In this document: positions 8,014 to 16,530 of the stretch, one piece after another
Layout of the letters: each line of letters opens with the position of its first letter
Position numbering within the stretch: position 1 is the first letter of the stretch
Assembly (NCBI RefSeq): GCF_000155895.1
Contig: NZ_DS995298.1
Span: forward strand, 1,200,001-1,232,000
Reading direction: 5' to 3'
From: Candidatus Pelagibacter sp. HTCC7211
GTDB taxonomy: Bacteria > Pseudomonadota > Alphaproteobacteria > Pelagibacterales > Pelagibacteraceae
DNA: 32,000 nucleotides
Translations under genes and position numbers: made by a program
Notes under the pieces: generated by a model
Told to the model about the DNA's origin: nothing
Database searches by the model: none
Seen by the model: the letters and a program-made list of their open reading frames with translations, nothing else

Positions 8014-10167
8014 TTAGTTTATGCCTAAATGTTTTTTTCTTTGGTCAACCCAAGTTCTAATAAGATTATCAAATATTAAACCAATAAAGGCGACACAAAT
8101 ACCTAATGTTAAACCTATTCCAGCACCATTTTTATCCGAGAGTGCTTTTAAAATGTATTGTCCTAAATCTTCTGTACCAATAAAAGCTCCAATAATGACC
8201 ATAAATAGTGCAAAAACTATCGTTTGGTTTAGGCCAAGCATCATATGTGGAAAAGCTAAAGGAAATTCTATTTTAGTTAATCTTTGAAATTTATTTACAC
8301 CTGACATTGTCGCAGCTTCATGTAAGCCAATTGGAACACTTCTTAGACCTTCAATAGTATATCTCGTTGCAGGAATTGTTGCATAAACTATTACTGCAAT
8401 TAAAACTGATGTATCGGTTATTCCAAAAAGCATCATTACTGGAATTAAATACACAAATGATGGGAAAGTTTGAAATATATCACAAACACCAAGCATAAAA
8501 GCTGCTGATTTTTTATTTTGAAAGCATAAAGTTCCAACAGAAAATCCAATTAAACAAGAAATCACCACTCCAAAAGTTGCCATGTAAAAAGTTACCAAAG
8601 CCCTATCCCACCACGGACTTAAAGCTATAAATAATGTTAATCCACAAACAACTAGAGCAGATCGAATTCCACCTATAATATAACCAGCGCCGACAACTAA
8701 AACTAATGTAGCTACAGCAGGCATTCTTAAATATAAAGCTCTCATCGGCTGAAGTACATCTTGAATTAACCATGTATTGAATGCTTTAATATACACGAAG
8801 AAAGTATCAAAAATCCAATCAACTCCCTTATTCCAAAAATCTGCTGTTGATATTCCTTTGTTATGGGGAATTTCAAACAAGTAATTAAAACTACCTTTGA
8901 AAATAAAAGTCCCAACATATGCAAGAATTATTCCAATTACAAATGAAGCTACAAAAAATATTACATTTTTATTTCTTTGAAAAAATGTCAGATTACCAAA
9001 ATAATCTGTTTGTTTATTTGCCCAAGCTAAAGACATTTTATCAAGAAGAATTGCAATTAAACTGATACACAATCCTGCTTCTAATGCTAATCCAATATTA
9101 AGTTGGTTCAGTGCTAATAATAAATTAAATCCTAAACCTTTGGCACCAATAAATGCAGATATTACTGCCATTGAAAAACAAACCATAATAACTTGATTAA
9201 CTCCAATTAAAATGTCTCGTCTTGCTGTAGGGATTAATACTTTGACCATTAACTGCCAATTGGTACAACCGCTCATTCTTCCTGCTTCAATAACTTCAGG
9301 GGGTATGGCTCTTAAACCTAAAATCGTAAGAAGTATCATTGGTGGAACAGCAACAACCATTGTAATAATTACAGCAGCATGATCACCTACTCCAAAAAGT
9401 ACAAGTGCAGGAACTAGTACGGCATATTGAGGCATAGTTTGCATAACTAATAGAATTGGGTACAAAGCTTTTTCAACACGTTTACTTTTATATGCTGCTA
9501 TGCCTAAACCTAATCCAAAAATAAACGAGAGTGGAGCGGCAACCAATATAAAAGATAGCGTTTGCATCGAAGGCTTCCATTGACCAAATAATGAAATATA
9601 AATCATCGTTAAACCTGCAAATAAAGCTAGGCCTCTTCCACTTAATTTATAAGAAAGTATAGTTGCTCCTGCTGCAACTATAGTCCACGGTAAACCTGGT
9701 AACTCCAACCAAGGATAAGCATCTATAAAATCCCAGCTAGTAAATGCAACTATGGTCTCCAATCCACCCAATAAAATCTCTCTAATTAATTCAATTAAAA
9801 AAGTCATAAATGAGGTTAAATTCCTACTTATTTGTAATAATAATGGCCGAGTTTTAAACTCCTGAGTATCTTCATTCCAAAACTCCATTAGCATCCACTC
9901 ATTCATTAAAAAAAATAAAGAATCGTTTATCCAAATAGGCAACCATCCAAGTAATGGAGGCAATCTCCAAAATACATCAAAGGCATAATACCTAACTTCT
10001 TTACCTAAGAAAAAATATACACTTTGATTTGGATCTTTAACAAATTCTGCTTGGCCTCTTATAAATTTATAAGTTTCGGGAACATCTATTGAAAAACATA
10101 AACCAAAAAATACAGCCAACAAAAATAACCATTGAAATAATTTTGGATATTTTTTTAAATATTCCAT
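8014..10167 (-). CDS. tmoW: Fused tandem-permease subunit of a betaine-family ABC importer, probable TMAO transporter permease
   Basis: 717-aa polytopic protein with two EAA loops (EAGRMSGCTNWQLMVKVLIPTARRD and EAATMSGVNKFQRLTKIEFPLAFPH), i.e. two ProW-like domains in one chain. Downstream of a ProV-like ATPase and in the same locus as tdm. Confidence 0.75.
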   Translation of the reverse strand: MEYLKKYPKLFQWLFLLAVFFGLCFSIDVPETYKFIRGQAEFVKDPNQSVYFFLGKEVRYYAFDVFWRLPPLLGWLPIWINDSLFFLMNEWMLMEFWNEDTQEFKTRPLLLQISRNLTSFMTFLIELIREILLGGLETIVAFTSWDFIDAYPWLELPGLPWTIVAAGATILSYKLSGRGLALFAGLTMIYISLFGQWKPSMQTLSFILVAAPLSFIFGLGLGIAAYKSKRVEKALYPILLVMQTMPQYAVLVPALVLFGVGDHAAVIITMVVAVPPMILLTILGLRAIPPEVIEAGRMSGCTNWQLMVKVLIPTARRDILIGVNQVIMVCFSMAVISAFIGAKGLGFNLLLALNQLNIGLALEAGLCISLIAILLDKMSLAWANKQTDYFGNLTFFQRNKNVIFFVASFVIGIILAYVGTFIFKGSFNYLFEIPHNKGISTADFWNKGVDWIFDTFFVYIKAFNTWLIQDVLQPMRALYLRMPAVATLVLVVGAGYIIGGIRSALVVCGLTLFIALSPWWDRALVTFYMATFGVVISCLIGFSVGTLCFQNKKSAAFMLGVCDIFQTFPSFVYLIPVMMLFGITDTSVLIAVIVYATIPATRYTIEGLRSVPIGLHEAATMSGVNKFQRLTKIEFPLAFPHMMLGLNQTIVFALFMVIIGAFIGTEDLGQYILKALSDKNGAGIGLTLGICVAFIGLIFDNLIRTWVDQRKKHLGIN

Positions 10168-10170
10168 ACT

Positions 10171-11202
10171 TTAACTTCCATTATTTCTTCCCCCAAAAAC
10201 TGTATCAATTATCTTCGATGGTTTAATTGAACCCACGACATTATTATTTGAGTCTATTACCTCTACAATTTTTTCTTGGGTAAGAATTTTTTCTGCAACG
10301 TTTTCTATAATTTCATCTTTTGAAACTTTTAAGTCACCTAAATTATCTTTACTTGGAGCATCCATCACGTCTTCAATTACTAAAACTTTCTCTCTAGGAA
10401 CTTCTTCAGTAAACTTTCTTACATATTCTGTAGCTGGATTTAATACTATATTTGCAGGTGTATCTAATTGTTCTATTATACCGTCTTTCATAATAGCTAT
10501 TCTGTCAGCTAATTTGAGTGCTTCATCAAAATCATGAGTAATAAACATAATAGTTTTTTGTAATTTTTCTTGAAGTCTTAAAAACTCATCTTGCATTTCT
10601 TTTCTTATTAATGGATCTAATGCTGAAAAAGGCTCATCCAAAAACCATATGTCAGGTTCTACAGCCAAAGATCTTGCAATCCCAACCCTTTGTTGTTGTC
10701 CACCAGAAAGTTCTCTTGGAAAATAATTTTCTCTTCCATCTAGTCCAACTAGTTTTACCATTTCCATTGCTCTGCTTATGCTATCCTCGGTACTTGTACC
10801 TTTGACCTGAAGTGGAAAAGCAATATTTTCAACAACTGTTTTGTGTGGTAACAAAGCAAAACTTTGAAACACCATTCCCATTTTATTTCTTCTAAGATCA
10901 ATAAGTTCTTTATTATTTAATTCTAATAAATCCTGCCCTTCTATGAAAATTTTTCCACCAGTTGCATCTGTTAATCTTGAAATACATCTAAGCAATGTTG
11001 ATTTACCTGAGCCAGATAAACCCATCACTACCAACATTTCTCCTTTTGCAACTTCAAAAGAAGCATTGTTAACACCAACTATACATCCTTTTTCTTGAAA
11101 AGTTTTTGCATCTACATTGCCATTTGCTTCCTCAAGCATTTTTTTGGCATTTTCTCCAAAAATTTTATAGACTGATTCACATTTGATAACAGTTTCAGAC
11201 AT
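10171..11202 (-). CDS. tmoV: ProV-like ABC ATPase, probable TMAO transporter ATPase
   Basis: Walker A GLSGSGKST, signature LSGGQQQR, Walker B IWFLDEP and H-loop ITHD, with a short CBS-like C-terminal tail as in OpuA/ProV ATPases. Confidence 0.78.
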   Translation of the reverse strand: MSETVIKCESVYKIFGENAKKMLEEANGNVDAKTFQEKGCIVGVNNASFEVAKGEMLVVMGLSGSGKSTLLRCISRLTDATGGKIFIEGQDLLELNNKELIDLRRNKMGMVFQSFALLPHKTVVENIAFPLQVKGTSTEDSISRAMEMVKLVGLDGRENYFPRELSGGQQQRVGIARSLAVEPDIWFLDEPFSALDPLIRKEMQDEFLRLQEKLQKTIMFITHDFDEALKLADRIAIMKDGIIEQLDTPANIVLNPATEYVRKFTEEVPREKVLVIEDVMDAPSKDNLGDLKVSKDEIIENVAEKILTQEKIVEVIDSNNNVVGSIKPSKIIDTVFGGRNNGS

Positions 11203-11266
11203 AAGTTGCTTAAAGTTATATTAAATTTAATATAATTAAAATGTTAATAATTGTTATCCTTCTTAG

Positions 11267-11821
11267 TTAAAAATTTTTAATAAAATAAACCCTTGTATCA
11301 ATTCCAGTACTTAAAAAACTTAAAGCCTCTCCACTTATAGTAATACTTTCATCAACTCCTACATTATTTCCACTAACCGTAAAACCTGCAATACACATTC
11401 TTTTTTCTTCATCCCATTTAACAAAAGTTTCATCAATTTTGTTTCCATTAATCGTATAAAGCTCATGAGCTCTATAATTTAAAAAATTAGCTCCCATTAT
11501 TGCTCTTTGAGGAATTAATTTCGTAGCCTTACATACTTTTTCATACACTTCATCAGTCAATTTATGATGATCTGTTCCATCAAATGATACCAATATGCCC
11601 GAAGGTAACTTTGATATCAATTCACTTAGTTTCTTTTCTTCAGCAATTCTTTGTTCTTCCAACTTCATTCTTTTGACCAGATCATCACCCTGACCAAAAA
11701 TTCCATTTAAAATACTAAAAGATAAAATCACAAGAATTGTTATAATTACTAGGCCAATAAATTGTTTTAAAGTCTCGGGTAAATCTTTTAATTTGTTAAT
11801 ATAATTGTCCTTAAACATCAT
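11267..11821 (-). CDS. Hypothetical membrane-anchored protein
   Basis: The track ORF starts at a TTG (11845). I prefer the ATG at 11821, which forms an ATGA overlap with the upstream MORN gene stop. One N-terminal TM helix (FIGLVIITILVILSFSILNGIF), then a charged coiled segment (MKLEEQRIAEEKKLSE). No family recognised. Confidence 0.55.
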   Translation of the reverse strand: MMFKDNYINKLKDLPETLKQFIGLVIITILVILSFSILNGIFGQGDDLVKRMKLEEQRIAEEKKLSELISKLPSGILVSFDGTDHHKLTDEVYEKVCKATKLIPQRAIMGANFLNYRAHELYTINGNKIDETFVKWDEEKRMCIAGFTVSGNNVGVDESITISGEALSFLSTGIDTRVYFIKNF

Positions 11822-12195
11822 TCTTGTATCTTGCCGTTTTTCCAAATACCTGATTTTTGTTTTCCGTCAGCCCAAGTAAAAGTGCCCTGGCCATTCATAA
11901 AACCATTAGCCCACTCCCCATCATAAGTAGAACCATCAGGAAAGGTTAAAATACCTTTACCACTCCATACACTATTTTTAAATTCACCTTTGTAGATGTA
12001 TCCATTTGGCCAAGTTTCTACACCTTGGCCATGCTTTTTAGTTCCTACCCAATCTCCTTCATAAGTAGTTTTATCTGTATAAACCCATTTACCATAGCCG
12101 TTATCACAATTGCCTTCTTTACAACCAGTGCTTCTTGCAAAAACAGAGGATGAAATCAGTAAACCTAAAATTATAGTTATAATAAATTTTTTCAT
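11818..12195 (-). CDS. Secreted MORN-repeat protein
   Basis: 125 aa with signal peptide MKKFIITIILGLLISSSVFA. Repeated YxGxWxxGxxxGxG units (YEGDWVGTKKHGQG, YKGEFKNSVWSGKG, YDGEWANGFMNGQG). Confidence 0.7.
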   Translation of the reverse strand: MKKFIITIILGLLISSSVFARSTGCKEGNCDNGYGKWVYTDKTTYEGDWVGTKKHGQGVETWPNGYIYKGEFKNSVWSGKGILTFPDGSTYDGEWANGFMNGQGTFTWADGKQKSGIWKNGKIQE

Positions 12196-12229
12196 ATTAA
12201 TATTTTACACAAAATCGTTTAAAAAAAAA

Positions 12230-12694
12230 TCAGACTTTTTTCGCCTTTTTTCTGCATGAATAAAAAAATATATATTTTTCTGAGTTTTCACTTTTAACAT
12301 TTTTGGTAATTTCATGAACTAATTCAACTGATTTTCTAGTTAATATCGCAGACTCTGAATAATTCTTTTCTTCATCAAAAGCTTTAAATAAAATAACGTC
12401 TTTATTAACAATCTTAACGTTTAATTTTTCAGATTTTGAAAGAAATAAAGACAACCCATTTATAAAAAGTTTTTCAGGTTTTATTGCTTCTATTTTAAAT
12501 TCTTCTAAATTTTTGTCGTTTATTTCCTCTGCTAAAAAAGTTTGATAATTATATTCTGAGTTTTTAATTATTTTTTTTCCTAACTTACATTTAAAACTAA
12601 GATTAATATTTTCTTGTATATTTATGTCTTTTGCAAAAGATAAATTAAAAGATAATAAACTTAATAAAATAACTAAAGAATTTTTTTTAATCAT
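12230..12694 (-). CDS. Hypothetical secreted protein
   Basis: 154 aa with signal peptide MIKKNSLVILLSLLSFNLSFA|KD, Lys/Asn/Glu-rich. No recognisable domain. Confidence 0.5.
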   Translation of the reverse strand: MIKKNSLVILLSLLSFNLSFAKDINIQENINLSFKCKLGKKIIKNSEYNYQTFLAEEINDKNLEEFKIEAIKPEKLFINGLSLFLSKSEKLNVKIVNKDVILFKAFDEEKNYSESAILTRKSVELVHEITKNVKSENSEKYIFFYSCRKKAKKV

Positions 12695-12710
12695 AGATAA
12701 TTATACTCTA

Positions 12711-12743
12711 AAAAAAAATCTCCCCCAACAATGTTGGGAGAGA
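12711..12743 (-). terminator. Rho-independent terminator/attenuator after the binding-protein gene tmoX
   Basis: Minus strand reads UCUCUCCCAAC-AUU-GUUGGGGGAGA (11 bp, one G.U) followed by a run of 8 U. It begins 22 nt after the tmoX stop and ends 17 nt before the next start. Confidence 0.75.
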
Positions 12744-12765
12744 TTATAAAATTTAACTTTTAACC

Positions 12766-13710
12766 TTATTTAGTAAAAGCTTGCCAAACTGACTTGTTGT
12801 CAGCTAACCATTTTTTAGCTGCATCTTCATGAGTCATTTTATCAACGTCAACTAAAGCTGCCATTGCACCAATGTGACTTGTTGAAAATGACATCTTTTT
12901 AAATACTGCCGCTGCATCTGGATGAGTTTTTGGAAAATCCTCATGAACTGCTTTTTTCAAGTATCCATCAGGTGAACCACATTTGCCATCTCCACCATCT
13001 TCTGGTCTACAACCAGCTGTGTATGGAGGGAAGTCAATAAATGTAAAACCAGCACCATCTGTAAAGTTTGGAGTCCAGTTAAAGATTATAGTTCCTCTTC
13101 CTTCTTTTTTTGCTGCTGCTAACTCTGCCCAAAGTGCGTCTGCACCTCCAGCAAATTTAACCCACCAAAGATCACCTAAACCAAGTGCATCAACCCTTTG
13201 AGGGATCAAGTCACCGTGCCAACTTTGAGGTCCTTCCAACATTCTTCCTTTTCCATCTGGAGAATCAGGTGTTGTAAAGTTTTTAGCACAATCTGGATTT
13301 TTTAAAGCTGTCCAGTCTGGTAGACCTGGGCATAAACCTTTTTCAACAACCCAATTTGGATAACCCATATCTTCAAGAGTTCTTGCCTCATGATCACCCC
13401 AATCTAATAAACCACCTTTATCTAAAGCAGTAGTAAAAGATTTACCAAAAGCAGATTCCCATACTTCATGAGATATAGTTACATCTCCAATTCTAATAGA
13501 TTCGTAAACTGCTTGTGAGTCTGCGTTAACGTATTTTACGTTATTTCCCATACTTTCGAAAATACCACCAATAACATAAGCCATTACAATTTGGCTTGAC
13601 CAGTTATGAGTTGGGATTACGATGGGCTTTTTGCTATCAGCATTAGATATTCCTGCAAAACTTACTACAGAAATAACTAGGGCAGATATTAATGATATTA
13701 TTTTTTTCAT
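12766..13710 (-). CDS. tmoX: Periplasmic glycine-betaine-family substrate-binding protein, probable TMAO-binding protein
   Basis: 314 aa with signal peptide MKKIISLISALVISVVSFAGISNA and a Trp-rich mature domain typical of ProX/OpuAC quaternary-amine binders. Divergently adjacent to tdm, the arrangement described for TMAO transporters. Confidence 0.72.
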   Translation of the reverse strand: MKKIISLISALVISVVSFAGISNADSKKPIVIPTHNWSSQIVMAYVIGGIFESMGNNVKYVNADSQAVYESIRIGDVTISHEVWESAFGKSFTTALDKGGLLDWGDHEARTLEDMGYPNWVVEKGLCPGLPDWTALKNPDCAKNFTTPDSPDGKGRMLEGPQSWHGDLIPQRVDALGLGDLWWVKFAGGADALWAELAAAKKEGRGTIIFNWTPNFTDGAGFTFIDFPPYTAGCRPEDGGDGKCGSPDGYLKKAVHEDFPKTHPDAAAVFKKMSFSTSHIGAMAALVDVDKMTHEDAAKKWLADNKSVWQAFTK

Positions 13711-13790
13711 TTTTTTCCCCTTATTAATATATTAATTAATAAAGTATGTTCTGAATTAAACTTCTAGTCAACTCGTTTTGATTATAATAA

Positions 13791-13815
13791 ACTTATAAAA
13801 AATATATATAATTTT
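13791..13815 (+). promoter_or_regulatory. Promoter-like block ACTTATAAAAAATATATATAATTTT upstream of tdm (copy A of a shared motif)
   Basis: Matches 21010-21034 at 23 of 25 positions. Contains TATAAT at 13807-13812, 8 nt before the tdm ATG. Confidence 0.4.
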
Positions 13816-13820
13816 GCGTA

Positions 13821-16148
13821 ATGTTAGGAACTAGCAACGAAATTAGAAATCCAGGTCTAAGAGCTTTACCACCAGGAGTTGAAAGATATTTTGTAAAAGG
13901 TGGTGGTTTATCTGTAATAGAGGTTTTTCCAGAAGATCAGATTGAAATTATTAATGATGAAGGAAAACAAATTTGTGAAATAATTGTATTTGACGCTAAT
14001 GGTAAACCAGATCAATCAATTTTAGATTTAAAAGAAAATGCAAATGCTGATTTCTCTAAAAGAGTAATTGCAAAAGATGAAAAAATAACAAAGATTTTTA
14101 AAAAGAGAAATCTAGACCTAAGTAAAGCAAAATCATCAATTATATTTAATGAAGATTGTTTAATGGGAGAAAAAATAACTCATTTAGCAAAAGATAAGTG
14201 CTTTGTATTAATTGCTGCTCCTGGTGATCCTCTAAATGTTCATGAGCAAAATCCGCCAACTGATTTAACAATTTTTGTTAATAGAGCAAAATATTCTGAG
14301 ACAGATGAACAATTTATTTTACCAGATCCTTTAAGTGATCCTATAGTTGAACAGCTTGTTAAAAGAAGAACAGCAGAAACTTATGAAGTTAAAGAAGGAG
14401 AATACATTCAAATTATTGATACAGGTGGAAGGCAATGTTCTGATTTTTTAGCATTTGACACTCATAAATTAAATGATGGTATTGAAAGCATTATTGATGA
14501 CAAAGCAACTAGAACATTTATGGGTAGCGCTTATCCAGGCCCAGGATTATTTTCAAAATTTTATGATGGAAATCATGAAGCAATGGTTGAGGTTGTAAGA
14601 GATACAGTTGGAAGACATGATACGTTCAATTTAGCCTGTACTTCAAAATACTATGAAGATCTTGGTTATATGGGTCATATAAATTGCACTGATAACTTCA
14701 ATAAAGGATTAGAAAAATATGATATCAATGCACGAAAAAGTTGGTCAGCAATAAATCTATTTTTTAATACAGGAATTGATGCAAATAATGTTGCAACATT
14801 CGATGAACCTTGGTCAAGACCTGGTGATTATGTTTTGTTCAGAGCTCTTAAAGATTTAACCTGTATATCATCTGCATGTCCTTGTGATGTAGATGCTGCT
14901 AATGGGTGGAACCCTACAGATATTTTTGTTAGAACTTATGCAAAAAATAATAAATATTCAAAAGCAATTGCATTTAGAATGAAAACTGACTCTGAACCAA
15001 AATTAACTCAAGAAACAGGTTTTCATAAAAAGACATCTGAATTAACAAGAAATTTTGTTGAATACAAAGGTTTTTGGTTGGCTAATAATTTTACAAATTC
15101 AGGAACCATAAAAGAATACAATGCTTGTAGAGAAAGTGCAATAGCAACTGATCTTTCTCCATTAAGAAAATTTGAAATCTTGGGCCCCGATGCTGAGAAT
15201 TTAATGCAATACACTTTAACTAGAAATGTTAAAAAATTATCTGTAGGGCAAGTAGTCTATACAGCAATGTGTTATGAAAATGGATGCATGTTAGATGACG
15301 GTACATTGTTTAAATTTGGACAAGATAATTTTAGATGGATTGGTGGAGATGAGTACAGTGGAGAGTGGTTAAAAGAACAGGCTAAAAAGAAAAAGTATAA
15401 AGTTTGGATCAAATCTGCAACAGATCACATTCATAACATTGCTGTTCAAGGACCAAACAGCAGAAAGATTTTAGAAAAATTTGTTTGGACTGCACCTATT
15501 CAACCATCAATAACTGAGCTTGAATGGTTTAGATTTAATATTGCAAGAATAGAACATGAAACTGGAACACCTATTGTAATTTCAAGAACAGGTTATACTG
15601 GTGAACTTGGATATGAAATTTGGTGCCATCCAAAAGATGCTTCAGAAGTTTGGGATAAAGTTTGGGAAGCTGGTAAAGAATTTGATATAACGCCTCTAGG
15701 TTTAGAAGCTTTAGATATGGTTCGTATTGAAGCTGGGCTTATTTTTTATGGTTATGAATTTAATGATCAAACAGATCCTTTTGAGGCTGGTATAGGTTTT
15801 ACAGTTCCGCTTAAAACAAAAGATGATGACTTTATAGGTAAAGAAGAATTGATTAAAAGAAAAGCAAATCCACAAAGAAAATTAGTTGGTTTAGAGCTTG
15901 TTGGACATGAGCCAGCTGTAAATGGCGATTGTGTTCACGTTGGTCGTGCACAAATTGGTGAAATAACAAGTGGAATGTTATCGCCAAAACTTGGAAAAAA
16001 CATAGCTTTATGTAGGATAGATGTAAAATATTCTGAAATTGGAACTGAAGTTGAAATTGGTAAATTAGATGGTCATCAAAAAAGAATTGATGCAAAAGTA
16101 GTTGCTTTTCCTTTTTATGATCCAACAAAATCTAGAGTGAGAGCTTAA
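13821..16148 (+). CDS. tdm: Trimethylamine N-oxide demethylase (DUF1989 domain fused to GcvT-like tetrahydrofolate-binding aminomethyltransferase domain)
   Basis: 775 aa. The N-terminal half is Cys-containing and DUF1989-like (..FNLACTSKYYEDLGYMGHINCTDNF.., ..CISSACPCDVD..). The C-terminal half has GcvT hallmarks (ISRTGYTGELGYEIW, IEAGLIFYGYEF). This is the domain fusion described for Tdm of Methylocella and SAR11. Confidence 0.85.
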   Translation: MLGTSNEIRNPGLRALPPGVERYFVKGGGLSVIEVFPEDQIEIINDEGKQICEIIVFDANGKPDQSILDLKENANADFSKRVIAKDEKITKIFKKRNLDLSKAKSSIIFNEDCLMGEKITHLAKDKCFVLIAAPGDPLNVHEQNPPTDLTIFVNRAKYSETDEQFILPDPLSDPIVEQLVKRRTAETYEVKEGEYIQIIDTGGRQCSDFLAFDTHKLNDGIESIIDDKATRTFMGSAYPGPGLFSKFYDGNHEAMVEVVRDTVGRHDTFNLACTSKYYEDLGYMGHINCTDNFNKGLEKYDINARKSWSAINLFFNTGIDANNVATFDEPWSRPGDYVLFRALKDLTCISSACPCDVDAANGWNPTDIFVRTYAKNNKYSKAIAFRMKTDSEPKLTQETGFHKKTSELTRNFVEYKGFWLANNFTNSGTIKEYNACRESAIATDLSPLRKFEILGPDAENLMQYTLTRNVKKLSVGQVVYTAMCYENGCMLDDGTLFKFGQDNFRWIGGDEYSGEWLKEQAKKKKYKVWIKSATDHIHNIAVQGPNSRKILEKFVWTAPIQPSITELEWFRFNIARIEHETGTPIVISRTGYTGELGYEIWCHPKDASEVWDKVWEAGKEFDITPLGLEALDMVRIEAGLIFYGYEFNDQTDPFEAGIGFTVPLKTKDDDFIGKEELIKRKANPQRKLVGLELVGHEPAVNGDCVHVGRAQIGEITSGMLSPKLGKNIALCRIDVKYSEIGTEVEIGKLDGHQKRIDAKVVAFPFYDPTKSRVRA

Positions 16149-16496
16149 ATGAAGGGAACAAAAGATTTATTAGAGTTTTGGGAAGATCAAGTGAGGCGTT
16201 CTCATAGTTCTAGTAATTATTTTTTTAGAAAATCTCCATCACATTATCATATGATGTTATTAGTTATGAATTCATATAAAGAAGGTGAAAAATTGTCTGT
16301 CGAAGAACTTAAAACAAAATTATTTAAAACTTCTAGACCCAAATCTGCACTGATAATAAATGAAGCATGTGAAAATAATTTTTTCTATTTAGAAAAAACA
16401 TCATCAGATCAAAGAAAAAAAAATATTAAACCAACACAGGCATTTGTTAAAGAATTTGATGAATACATGGAAAAATTAAAAAATTTAGAACTTTAA
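16149..16496 (+). CDS. Small winged-helix (MarR-like) putative transcriptional regulator
   Basis: 115 aa. Its ATG immediately follows the tdm stop (TAAATG). The pattern LSVEELKTKL...SALIINEACENNFFYLEKTSSDQRKKNIKPT fits an HTH plus D-x-R wing. No close family member recognised by eye. Confidence 0.45.
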   Translation: MKGTKDLLEFWEDQVRRSHSSSNYFFRKSPSHYHMMLLVMNSYKEGEKLSVEELKTKLFKTSRPKSALIINEACENNFFYLEKTSSDQRKKNIKPTQAFVKEFDEYMEKLKNLEL

Positions 16497-16530
16497 TTTT
16501 CTAGTAAGTAAATATTTTATTAAGATCAGT

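Noticed and set aside
11216-11235. Perfect 20-bp palindrome TTATATTAAATTTAATATAA just upstream of tmoV
   Set aside because: It is composed only of A/T. In pure A/T spacer sequence a 10+10 palindrome is expected about once by chance over the intergenic sequence of this window, so it is not reportable without conservation data.
13721-13742. Inverted repeat TTATTAAT-N6-ATTAATAA in the tmoX/tdm divergent spacer
   Set aside because: Same argument: it is short, A/T-only, and expected by chance in this composition.
13711-13820. Search for a glycine riboswitch or other structured leader upstream of tdm, mcl, the flavoprotein gene and amt (also 19525-19667 and 26296-26365)
   Set aside because: These spacers are almost pure A/T with no conserved GC-containing helices of the kind a glycine, glutamine or THF riboswitch requires. 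Nothing there is recognisable by eye.
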